A stretch of DNA of 64,000 bases from Paragordius varius (lineage: Eukaryota; Animalia; Nematomorpha), in contig OZ176050.1 of assembly GCA_964247055.1 (NCBI GenBank), forward strand, positions 5,952,001-6,016,000, in the 5' to 3' direction. A program made the translations under genes and the position numbers. Positions 28,852 through 57,553 of the stretch are shown here, piece by piece (within the stretch, counting starts at the first letter, position 1; every line of letters starts with the position of its first letter). The notes beneath the pieces were generated by a model that saw only the letters and a program-made list of their open reading frames with translations, had not been told where the DNA came from and did not search any database.

Positions 28852-31303
28852 TTAATACAGAAAATTTATTTAGCAATTATAATTTAATACAATAAACTGC
28901 CAAATTGATAGGTTATGGGTATAAAACTACTCTAAAATGTTATCAAAGATGATTTTAAATATTTACCCTATATAGGCAAAAAATTTAACTCAGCTCTTTT
29001 TACCTGTAGAACTATGGGAAGGGGGCCACTGGTTTAAAACTGAGACGCCATACAAAAATGGCGTGGTTTTGGAGCTAATTTTAAAAAACTCTTAAGAAGC
29101 CATACTAGTTCAGTTAAACACATTTCCGGGGCATTTGCATAATATATCATTCCTTCCTTTAAAATGGGACCATAAATTACTTTATATCCCTTGATCCCAG
29201 TTGTGTGAACACAATTTCAAAATAAAACTTTTAACCATGATTTCGTAAAACGAAAATCTTAAAATAAATCCAATGATAGTTGAATATTAACTTTAATAAG
29301 GCAGTTTAAATATGGTTGATTTCGAGTAATCAATATTTAAGCCTATGCAATAACCCGTAAAAGAATAATTAAAGGCATTCTTATTATTAAATATGTTTTT
29401 TATTATTTTTTATCTCCATTACCTCTATTTACAAATCATTAAAAATAATTATCGGTGAGACTACGTCACAGCAAAGCGTGACAGAGCCAGCAAGTGTACT
29501 AATAAAATAGATATTTACTATATAAATTTTACTAATAAACCTATCCAATTGGCAAGAACTAAAAAATTTCTATATTGTGTTTGCATTTTACAGTTTTATG
29601 CTTGATATTATCCTTACAAATGTCCATATATATTTCGAATGCGGCCAGAAAGGCCATTTGTGTTGAGCACCCCTGGTATAAATAATACAAACTGTATCGG
29701 TTAGATTATTTTTAAAAGATTGGTATAATTTTATAATAAATATTAATTTTAATTATAACCGCCTAAAATTCACAATAATATTGTAGCCGCTTATTTAACC
29801 ATAAATATGACCTATATCTAATAAAAATATTTTAATATAAAAAATATATGTCTTGATTATTGGTTTATTGATTAGTAAATGATAGATAACCACATGATTA
29901 AAATAATTTATAACATTTAAAATATGAGGTATGTTTTTATAGTAAAACCAAATGTATGTGTATCTTTGATATAATATAGAAATGTGTGTGGTGCGTAATT
30001 TAGTGTGTTTCCAAAAAAAACAATTATGTTAAAGTATAAAAAAATGCTTAATTACGGCAATATTTAATATATACCATATTATACTGTAAATTTTTTATTG
30101 ATTACAAAATAAACTTACAGTAGCGTATGACATAAAACATTAGTCTATAAAAAAATGTTTTTTATTAAACAGCCCTAGTTGTATATACACATATCCATAA
30201 TATCATCCCATTTTTTAAAAACCATTTTTTATTCTATTATGGACTTCCAAACGCTACTGTATATTAATAAAGCATTGTCCATGAAAAATGTTCCTATAAG
30301 AAATTTTTAACGCTTAATATTAACCTTATCATTAAATTAGATAAGGCTTTCTGTTATTATCTATAATAGTATTAAGTAGTTTCAACAATTTTATGCTACC
30401 TTTATTATTGAAAAACACATAATAATGGACGCATAAACAACTTTTATCTGTTAAGTATATATTTTTATCCTAATATGTTGCCTTTATTTCTTTTTTGCGC
30501 TAATAAACCATGCATTATTATTTTAATGCATAGTCATAAATTGTGTCATCAATTTATTTATTAGTGTGACACACTTAATAACTTTAAAAAAAGATTTAAA
30601 TTTAATTATGTCATCATGAAAGATAAAATATGATTATTAAAACACTGTATAAAAAAGCGGTAACCGTTTATGTTGGACAAAGCTATTAATAACTAAAAAT
30701 ATTAATAAATCTGCCTTAGTTTTAAATAAAGAGACGCCTATATCTTTTTCAAATTTGGTGGAACATAGAAGCTCGGCTGTTGTTTCAACTTAAAAGCGAT
30801 AAAATAGTAGTCATCACGGTAAATGAATACAATATTGATAATAAATCGATTTAAATTTCATTATTAAAGGTCAATTATTATTCAAAATAATTAAGATGGG
30901 CTAGTCATATCCATCGTAGACGCCCAAATAATATAATGTATCACTAGTTAAAACCTGGCTCTTCTAAAAGTGGCTTAGTAAACTTTGATTTTAGACAAAA
31001 TGTAGAAGAAGCGGAAAATGAATAACTATATCAATCGAGCTATCTTTAACTTTGAGTACCCGTGGTATGATTATATCAATTGATATTTTTATGGATCGCA
31101 CACCTGTTATATTTTTTAATTTTTTGCGTGATAAACAATATATATCAAAGAACCTTTCAATCAAAAATTGTGAAAAAAAACTATCAGACAATAATTAAAT
31201 GATATTATATTGACCAATAGATACCAATATAATCAATATAAAACACTATTAGAGTACGTTGCAATCTTAATATTTGGATTTAAAAGTATGCCAATGCCTA
31301 AAA

Positions 31304-31643
31304 CAGTGGTACTCAAACCGCGGCCCGCGGGCCGCATGCGGCCCTAAGAGGGATTTAAAATTGCCCTTTGACCATATTGATACTTAAATTATTTTTTTAT
31401 TGATAATTTTTTTTAAAATACACTTTAACGAATTTTCGCTTATTTTATATTAATTTATTTACTTTAGATTTAATTTTGGTAATTGTTATTTTTTACCCAA
31501 TTCGAAATGTAGAAAAATTTGCCTACATTAAAATGATTTTAAAATTTTGGCGCACGTTGTTTCTGTATTCTATTTTCTTCTCTATTTTGAAATTTTTATA
31601 GCATTCTTTTTTTGTATTTAAGCAAGCCTTTCACCAAAACTTG

Positions 31644-31705
<62 letters not shown>

Positions 31706-33778
31706 CTTTTCATTGCTATCCTGCATCATTATTTATAACTCATTCCCATAAAATATTTTTCAAATTAACATAATTAAATTTCGGCCTGTTTTTTATAGTA
31801 TATTTCAAATTATATTCCTATTTTTTGGAAAAATTTACTTTTAATATGATGACATCTAATACTAAAAAACTTAAATTATCCGATGAAAATCGCTCCTTCA
31901 AAAAAGAATGGCAAGAAAAATTCTTTTTTGTTTTAAATTATATTACCTGCCTTATATGTAAGGACAACATAATTATAAAAAAATACAATATTGAAAGACA
32001 TTTTACAATCCAAATTTCTCATAAATTAACAGAATGCGGAAAACGAAAAATACAAGATTAAAGAATTATACCAAAAAGAAAAATCTATTATGCCCATGGA
32101 TTTCTCCCAGGAAAACGCTCTAACATTAGCTTCGTATGAACTATTATTTAGATAAAAATATAAAACCATTCCCAACTAATAAATGGTTGCACTTTTTTAT
32201 TTGATAAATTCCATAATAAAGATCAAAACATGAGGCAAATTAAAAAACTTACATTCTGATTCAATCGACGTATTGAAGATATGTCTAAATATATTTTTAA
32301 CAATACATTATTGGCTCTGAAAAACTGCAAATATTTTGGTATTGCTATTGATTCTAACACTGATATTAATTCAACACCTCAATGTGCGCTATTAGTGAGA
32401 TTTTGCAACGACAACATAATCAACAAAGATTATTTAAAATTTTTACCAATGAATAATACCACGAAAGAAAGTTTTCACGAAATAAATAGCACTTTTTTCG
32501 ATAATTATATTATATCTATAATAAAATTGGTTTCGATCTGCACTGATAGCTGTCCCTCAATGATAGGAATAAAAAAAGGATTTTTTTAAAATCAAATAAT
32601 TTGCAAAATATTTTATCCTTTCACTGGGTTATTCATCAGCAAAACTTCGTTTCGTGTGTGAAAAAATCGCTTCATTCAGTTAATAAAACGGTTGTGTATA
32701 TAGTTAACCGCATCCGTTGCAGAAAATTCAACCGCTGTTTCAAAAACCTTTTAAAAGATATCCACAGTGAGTTTGATTATATTCTTTTGTACACCGCTGT
32801 GAAATGGTAAGCCTTAGTAAAGTATTAGAAAGATTTTCTGTAAGACATGAAATTCTAATTTTTAAAAGATAACAGAAGGTTTGACGAGGAAATTAATAAT
32901 GACAAATGGTCGGTTTTATTAGACCTTTGCGACATTACTTATAAACTTATTTTTAATACAAGTTCAAAGGAGCAAAATAATAACCCAATTTGCTAACCAT
33001 ATATTTGCTTATGAAGAAAAACTAAAATATATATACAAGATTTTATAAATTAAACACCCCTATACAACACTTAAAACGATTTATGAAGAAAATATGGAAT
33101 TTAACGCGGAGATTAATTTAATATTGGACAATCATTTAACATTTTTATAATGAAATTCAGATTTCAAAAGAAATATTAAAAATTGCTTAAAACTCGTTGA
33201 AAATACATGGCATATGGATATATCCAATATTAAGCAACTTGAGCATTTCGGTTTTGATCAGGCGCATTTCATTGATGAATTCGAAGATTTTAAATGATTC
33301 CAATTTGTGGCCCTATTCAAGGAAAATCGTAGGGAAGAAAGATATGTAGAGTTTTGGCAAGATGTGCCAAATAAATATGAAAATATAAAAAAATGTGCTC
33401 AAGTTATCCTAACTTTTTCCTTCAACTTACACGTGTGAGAGGGCATATTCAAAAATGAAGTATGGAAAGAATACACACAGAAACCTAACCGATGATCTTA
33501 TGGACAACTTTGTAAAATTGGCCTGTCATGAGTCGAAACCAAATTTGAATTACAGGTTAATGTCCAATACCGTTGTTAAAAAATATTTTATTTTTTAAAT
33601 GGTGCAAAACTTTTTAGCTGGATTATGCGATCCGCAAAAACCATTGTGCTAATTTAGAGTATAAATATGTGCATATGTTCAAATAGCTATGGAATATTTG
33701 CCATTATAAGGTTCATGGCCCTCGAAAAAAAAAATATATTTTATTTGGCCCGTCAATTTTTTTTGGTGAGTACCACTG
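31304..33778 (+). mobile_element. Full-length but decayed hAT DNA transposon (Buster/SPIN/Charlie group; GTF2IRD2/EPM2AIP1-like transposase)
   Basis: TIRs CAGTGGTACTCA / TGAGTACCACTG. Perfect 8-bp TSD GCCTAAAA at 31296-31303 and 33779-33786. Broken transposase: ENRSFKKEWQEKFFF..TCLICK..KKYNIERHF, FGIAIDSNTDIN (first catalytic D), SICTDSCPSMIG, FHWVIHQQ, C-terminal TYTCERAYSKMK..RNLTDD. Many stops and frameshifts. Confidence 0.95.
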
Positions 33779-33854
33779 GCCTAAAATTACTAAGTGCTGC
33801 ATAAGACACAAACATAGTAAAGTTGAATTTAATTTATACACTACAAAATTCAAA

Positions 33855-34471
33855 TTATTTTTTATTGCGATTCCGGACAATAACCCATTCATCATCACTT
33901 GTTAATGACTCAGTAGCTGAATCATCATTTGTTATAGCAGAGTCATTGGATACTGGATTATTATTTGATATATCAGGGTTTTCGGTTATCAGAGAATTTT
34001 CGGGCATCGTAGAATTTTCGGGTATCATAGAATTTTCGTTGGTAACTTCAGATGTTTCGGTTTTCTTAATATTTAAAATATTTATACCACAACTATTTTG
34101 GTTGATGAATTTTTAGCCCGTTGGGAAAGGAAATTTTCCAACTGTGATATTTCATTATCCTCAAATAGATTAAATACCACTCTTATATCAGAAGCTATCT
34201 GAGACATTAAAATAAAATACCAACTCCAAAGTTTTATCTTGAATAAGCGTATTAAATTCATATTCTATAATGTCCTCCAAAAAATCCATTACTTCATGCA
34301 AGACAATAATTTCTAAATTTTATTTAAAAACAAACCATCTTTGAAGGCATTGTAAACTTCCTTACTGAGATAGGAAATAAAATCAGATTTCTTTACTCGC
34401 TTTTCACTTTGTTCTATTGCAAGAGTTAGTGAAGGCCAGTTATCCAGTAGAATATATAATGCGCCTTCCAT
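33855..34471 (-). CDS. TSR2: Pre-rRNA-processing protein TSR2 homolog (182 aa), 4 exons separated by 23/22/23-nt introns
   Basis: Exons 34471-34336, 34312-34221, 34198-34088, 34064-33855 give MEGALYILLDNWPSLTLAIEQ...LHEVMDFLEDIIEYEFNTLIQDKTLELIASDIRVVFNLF...(acidic/low-complexity)...SDDEWVIVRNRNKK*. Matches the TSR2 family pattern (W-P-x-L-x-x-A, EVEDFL...EFDTVVEDGS, terminal W-x-x-V-R/K). Not in the supplied ORF track. Confidence 0.9.
34065..34087 (-). other. 23-nt micro-intron, TSR2 intron 3 (an alternative donor at 34093 gives 29 nt in the same frame)
   Basis: GTATAAATATTTTAAATATTAAG. Retention gives an immediate TAA. Confidence 0.8.
34199..34220 (-). other. 22-nt micro-intron, TSR2 intron 2
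   Basis: GTATTTTATTTTAATGTCTCAG, phase 0, between ..TLEL and IASD.. Retention causes a frameshift and stop. Confidence 0.88.
34313..34335 (-). other. 23-nt micro-intron, TSR2 intron 1
   Basis: GTTTGTTTTTAAATAAAATTTAG, phase 1. Retention reaches an in-frame TAG. Confidence 0.88.
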
Positions 34472-34556
34472 GGACTACTCTTCAGATGCGTGTATTGTTA
34501 AGTACATGTGGTTTTAACAAAGCGTGTACGAATGATTTTCCTAAAATTATTTTTAA

Positions 34557-35079
34557 CACTTGAAGTCTTTCGATTCAAATTGGGGTTGTTGGATACCCCA
34601 AGTTTGTTTAAGTATAAATCCTTTAAAAAATATAGAAGGAATCGAAAGCATGGCAAAAATTTGCACTTATATAACTTTAATAAACCGAAATATATAAAAA
34701 ATTTTATTGAAAAATAATTGATATTAGTTATATAAAGCTTAACCAAAAGGTAGATTCATCAGCGCAACATGTCTGAAATGGTAAAATAAAAAAATAATAC
34801 AAAATAAACCGTTTTTTCTATTTCTATCAATGTTAGATGTTAATATAAAAAATAGCTTTAATTAAAATTTAATGACAAAAATTTTGTAAAATAAAAAAGG
34901 CGTCGATGGAATTTTTTTATCAAAACAAAATTTTATTTAGATATTATGGCATAATTATATAATTTTTATTAGGATAGAAGCATAAATTTTAATTGGGACC
35001 GTTTTCTTCAGTAGTTTTTTGAAAATCCTAACTTAAATTTAGTCTGGGGTATTTAGATACCCCAATTTGAATCGAAATG
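34557..35079. mobile_element. TTAA-flanked MITE family E (possibly piggyBac-derived), about 85 bp upstream of the TSR2 ATG
   Basis: TTAA at 34553-34556 and 35080-35083. Inverted TTCGATTCAAATTGGGG / CCCCAATTTGAATCGAA near the ends. Confidence 0.82.
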
Positions 35080-35930
35080 TTAAAGGTTAAAGGCCAAATA
35101 AGTGACACTATTTCAATTTATAAGGATTATATATATGCAGTATACTTTAATTATTATATCTATTAAACTATCTCAGATATAAGTTACCTAAATTATCAGA
35201 GATCATACGATTGGCGAGTTGTAAAGAAGTTACATAAATATAAAAAGAAAGGACCTACATAAAATAAAATTAATAAAAAAAACTCACAAATCAAATAAAA
35301 ATGTTTTAAAATATTTAGATTTTAATAGAAAATGGTTAAATTATCGCTTGAACACACATCATGTCTATATACATTCAAGTCGGTATGGTTGACGAACCCC
35401 GGCCTGTATTAAATATTTTAGCATGTGATTGAAAACAACTTGGATTATAACATAAGACAAACTAAAAGGATACATTTAAAATGACTTAGTTTAAATAATT
35501 TTTTTCTTAAGATTAACACTCGTTTGGGATAGTTTTATACTCCATAGCGATTTGAAATTCGAATATCTTATATAAATTTAAAAATATGCCTCAGGCCTTT
35601 TAGGTGTTTTATACAAATTTTTTTAAAAAAGATAAAATTTTTAAAAAATGCACATCTCAAATTCGCTGCAATTTTTTTTGTTTAAAATTATTTAAATCGC
35701 TATTGCAACAAGAATAATTAAATGGATATTATGGTTAGAAAATATAAAATTACCTTTAAGCTTTCAGGATGCAATTTACCAGTAAAACGTGAGTTAAGTT
35801 TAAATATCAGATGTTCGTTTCAATTGTGTTTTGGAGCTTTCAGAATTTTAGACTCTAGAAGTCACAAAACTGTAAAAAACACATTTTTTTATCTAATGAA
35901 AACAATTTGCTAATCTAAACTTAAGATATA

Positions 35931-36523
35931 CCATTTGCACTTCAAGGGTGTCCTTTAATAATTCAAGTTGGTCCCTGAACATTTTAAGATTGATTCTAAG
36001 TTGATCCTTCAACATTTGAACTTGGTCGTTGACACTTTAAGTTGGTCCTTGAACACTCAGGTCGGTTCTTAAAATTTTTAAATATTAATTTTACCATAAT
36101 TTTTGCATGTATTTTTTTATTATATTTTAACTTAACTCTCTTTATTAATCATATATTTAATCTTTTAAAAAAATTTAGTTCCAAACTTTTTTTGTTTCCA
36201 ACTATTTCTAATTTAACAAAATTATTATATTATGAATGTCTTTAATGAAAAAATGGTTATATATATATTTTTTAATTACCTGTTAAAATCTTAAAAATCT
36301 TAAAAATAATTTTAAAGTAATCAATGATCAAAAGTCGGTAATTATTTAAATTTTAAATAAAGAAAATAGGTTAAAAATGATTATATAGATAAATAATAAT
36401 ACATGATTTGATTAAAAGTTGAAAACAAAACAAAAAAGTGACCTACTTGAATTGTTCAAGGACCAACTTGAAATACTCAAGGATCATCTGAAGTGTTAAA
36501 GGACACTTTTGAAGCGCAAATGG
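35931..36523. mobile_element. TA-flanked MITE family F (CCATTTGC termini, subterminal AAGTTGGTCC repeats)
   Basis: TA-CCATTTGCACTTCAAGGGTGTCCTTTAA ... TTAAAGGACACTTTTGAAGCGCAAATGG-TA. About four AAGTTGGTCC-like units on the left, inverted GGACCAACTT on the right. Confidence 0.8.
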
Positions 36524-36988
36524 TATATAAAACTACCCCAATAAATACAAAAATCATGAAGCTAGATATTTTAGAAATTTTGTCTCAATAAGATTGTTAA
36601 TAAGATAGAGGTATAAATTTAAATTAGACTGCCAATTTAAGTACTTTCATACCGCATAAAGTCCACAAAAAAATTCTTGATATATATATATATATATTGC
36701 GACCAAAATGGGGCGGTATAAAATCTATATATTTTTTGATAGGAAAATGTGTCAAAATTATATTGTTGTTTTTGGTTTGTCCCATACCAGTAATTTAAGA
36801 TATTAACACTTTCTTCATGATATTTTTAAAATAAAGGATTTAACTATTATCTATTTAACATAAAGTGATTTAGTTTAGCGATATCTCGACATAAACCAAT
36901 TACCTCGTGTAAATATTTTTCTTATTTGTAAGGCCCAAAACCAAAAGCAAGCACCTTTGGAATCCTTATACATTTATCCATCAGGATT

Positions 36989-37019
<31 letters not shown>

Positions 37020-37208
37020 CATTTCCCAGTCAAAAAAACGTTTTCCCAGTCAAACGTACCATTATCCCAATCAATCGAAACGTTTTCCCAGTCAATCGAA
37101 ACATTTTCCGAGTCAATCGAAACATTTTCCCAGTCAATCGAAACATTTTCCCAATCATTAAAAACGTTTTCCCAATCAATAAAAACGTTTTCCCAGTCAA
37201 TAAAAACG
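37020..37208. repeat. Minisatellite, 9 x 21 bp (consensus TTTTCCCAGTCAATCGAAACR)
   Basis: Contiguous units with no spacers. It explains the FSQSIET and IDWENV pseudo-ORFs in the ORF track. Confidence 0.95.
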
Positions 37209-37562
37209 GTTTTATATTTAATGATAAATATCAAAACAAGATAAACATTTGCTTACATATTACGCATCTCAAAATCAGGAATAAATCATATCTTGTTAAA
37301 TTATATATCTTCTAAAAAAATTACGATCCTCATGGTGCAGAAAGTTTAGCGGGTAATAAAATGAAAATTAATACAAAAAGTTGCTTGAAGTTAAATATGG
37401 TGGTGCATTTTACAGAAGATAGAATCAGCGGAATTTAAAAAGCGTGTGCTAAAATTATTGCCTTTATGGGAATAGCTAAACCTGTTGATTTATAGTATCA
37501 CTCTGCGAAAAACTGTTTCAAAAATTTATTACATTATGCATTTTAATGCATGTTATACTATA

Positions 37563-37669
37563 GTAGGGTAATTTGCAACACAGCAGTGTATGGAAAAAAC
37601 ATCAAATTGTTGAATAAACCATTTTTCCTTTTTTTCCAAAAACTACTTACTGTGTTGCGAATTGCCTAC
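37563..37669. repeat. Small TA-flanked inverted-repeat element (~107 bp)
   Basis: GTAGGGTAATTTGCAACACAG ... CTGTGTTGCGAATTGCCTAC, with TA on both sides. Confidence 0.6.
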
Positions 37670-38167
37670 TAAAGTGTGAAATAACAACCATTAAAATGCC
37701 TATGTAATGGGGTCTTTCCTTTGCAGAAAATGTTATTATGCGGGGATAACGTCTAAATACCGGTGCTAAATTCAAATAATTATCCTCATGTTAATCACAC
37801 ATCCTAAAAATATTTTTTTGATGATTGAATTTGAATGGGCATACTTTTTTTCCAGAAACTCGGAGATATGTTTTTCGGGGCTTCTCGTTTTTAGAACCCA
37901 TTTTTCACACGTTATATATTTGTTACTTTCATCTACATTGTATCAAAATAATGAGCTTCCCCTAAATTTAAATAAGTCGAACGAATCCATTTGACTGAAA
38001 ACAAGCCCTGATTAGTGAATTGATTTTTAAACCATTCAAACTTTACAAAAATGTATCTTTCCAAATTAATCTACCATATAATTTATAATCAAATAAATAC
38101 ATTTATTTTTAAATTAGAATTGTATAAAAGTAAAAAAATGGGCTGTTTATTATAATCTTTAATTGCT

Positions 38168-40821
<2,654 letters not shown>

Positions 40822-41632
40822 CTAAATGTAAAAAAAAAGTTAATATCTCCTAACTATAATAATTTAACAATTTGAAAAAAACCATAGTATTAAGCAATAT
40901 TCAATTTAAACAATACTTTGTTATATGTGATCAGGAATGTAAAAAAATAGTTGATTTGATGTTCATGTTTTCTAATGAATCATTTGCCAGTGATGGGTAA
41001 AAAAGAATAATGAATCGGTTAAGAGAATTTTTTATATTTTTTTCTATAGAAAATTTAATTTTGTGAATGTTTTATATTATATTTGGTTGTTAAAATTTAT
41101 TACAATAGAATAGTGTAATTATGCATACATTTTAATCTATATTAAAAGAATATATGTTATCATAACAAACTAATTTAACAAAATGTTGAAGAGATTGAAA
41201 TTTTTGAATGCGAAAGCGCTTAATTATAAAAGAAAGAAAATCTTTTGTTAGATTTAGGGATTAATGTTATTATGTTTAGTTAAATATTTAATATATATAT
41301 ATATATATGTAGACCACACTATTTTATACTTTAAAATCAATAATTATTTAGTTAAAATAGATTTAATTAATACTATCAATTTTGTATATTTCCAAGCTTT
41401 GTGTTAAACACTTGAAATAAGTATCTATTTTATACCTAACAATTTAGAAGGGGGTTTATATTATTATTGTGTTATATACATAATATGTGATATCAATAAC
41501 CAATTATCTGTATTCTCTAGTAATTTTTAGGACTTTTAAATAGGATTTTTTGGAGTTTGTTAAAAGTAATGTCTTTAGTAGTATTTATGATAATATATAT
41601 TATTTTAAGGAAATATTTTTGCTTCAGTACAT

Positions 41633-41670
<38 letters not shown>

Positions 41671-43243
41671 GCGCTCATCTCAAATACTTTATAAAAAAAG
41701 CTAACCTATTAAGTGGTTTTTGTCGTAAAACGAAAGTATGGTTTACTGTTATGAGGTTATCATTGTTTTTTACTTAATGCATAAATAGTTGGAATGAAAT
41801 AAATTGTAACTTATATAATTAATCGGATTAAAACTTTTTCAACTATGTTTTAGTTTTAAATAAATTAAAAAGGAAAATATGTTGCTTATTATTGGGTAAA
41901 ATAGGGATCCCTCCACACTATAGTTTTTATTTTTTGTAAATCTAATAGTTAAGTTTAAAGCCAATATCCTAGTAATCCATGCGCACAAATCTTATTTCGA
42001 AAAACTTGGAAACAGAGAATTCGAAATGCAAAATGTTCAGCTGTTTTCTACAAGAACTGATATATTAAACTGTGTATAATTCATTGTTTTTCATATATTA
42101 ATTCATACTGTTTCACATTTTTTTGCAATAATAAGATTTCAACAAGAATCGATATTTTTCCATAGATATTTTTTAAATATATTTACTACTTAAATAATAG
42201 ATTTTATGATTAACATATATAACAATGCATATTCGAGAAAGCTCATAAGCTAAATTATAATGAAGCTGTAATTTGAACTCCAACTCCTCCACTCCGTTTC
42301 ATATTTTTACGGATAGAAAAACGTGCTAATATTAAAAAAATATTCATTGAACTTTTATTTTTAATAAATATATGGATGACAAGTGAATTACTTAAATGTA
42401 TATTGAAAGAAATAACAGACGATTACTTTTTTTAGGAAGATGGATAAAAAATAACTTTTTACAATTGACAAATATTAAAAATTATGGACTATAATTAAAT
42501 TAAAGATGCTTATTCTAAAAAAACGTTTTTTATAATTTAGCTAAGTTGTTTTAAAATTCTATTACAAGGATCTAAAAAAACTCCGATGACTAAAATATAT
42601 AGTTTGAGAGGCATGGTTTCTAAATAAATAAATTTCGATAACCCTAAATTTAGGTGTAGGGCCATTAAACCATTACAATAATTAGCGATTTCACATTTAT
42701 AGTCAATCAAATGAGCCAGTTCTTTAGTTAATCATTAAAGCAAATACTCACTAAAAGCTGATAATTGACTAGTGTTATTTCATCTAAGATAAAAAAATAT
42801 GTTTTTATCAATCATAGTACCGAATACAACCCTTTATAAATGTTTGTTTTAAAATATCTTATATTTGAGCATCGTTAAATAATAATTGCCTACTTTGATA
42901 TACTAATGTGCACAATTGATTTATATTAATTTATAGGTTAATTGGTTTATGGCATACATTTTACCATCGGAAGTTTGTTTAAACGTAATTGTACCAATAA
43001 AAAATATTCTGTATACTAATTAATGTATATGTTAGTAATCAATGAGTATTCACTATTCACTACAATAGAGAGTAGTTTTATTTATTAATGGTATAAATGT
43101 AGTAGACATATAATAATTATCACATTTCCTTTAGATTGTTTCATGGTTTCTTTGTACAATTATAAGACAAAATATGATATATATTTAGATAATACTGTAA
43201 TCTAAGTAACATTTATAATATCACGAGGGAGAAAAAAATATGT

Positions 43244-57490
<14,247 letters not shown>

Positions 57491-57553
57491 TTTATTCGTA
57501 GATCGGCAAATTTCTCACCAACAAGTGACTTTAAACGATTATGCTGAAACCAG
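57491..57553. promoter_or_regulatory. 63-bp spacer between the divergent PI3K and CYB5R4 start codons (bidirectional promoter or overlapping 5' UTRs)
   Basis: PI3K ATG at 57490-57488 (-), CYB5R4 ATG at 57554 (+). No promoter motifs were identified; the call rests on geometry only. Confidence 0.55.

Noticed and set aside
30640-31190. Possible CR1/L2 LINE remnant (EKDIGV-like motif on the minus strand); similar weak hints at about 42600-43000
   Set aside because: One short motif only and no additional RT motifs in a consistent order; not supportable without a search.
16218-34471. NOP56 and TSR2 as a ribosome-biogenesis gene cluster
   Set aside because: Only two genes, convergent and 8 kb apart with TEs between; compatible with chance.
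37020-37208. CRISPR-like array or repeat protein
   Set aside because: Contiguous tandem units with no unique spacers, eukaryotic context, and no splice or homology support for coding.
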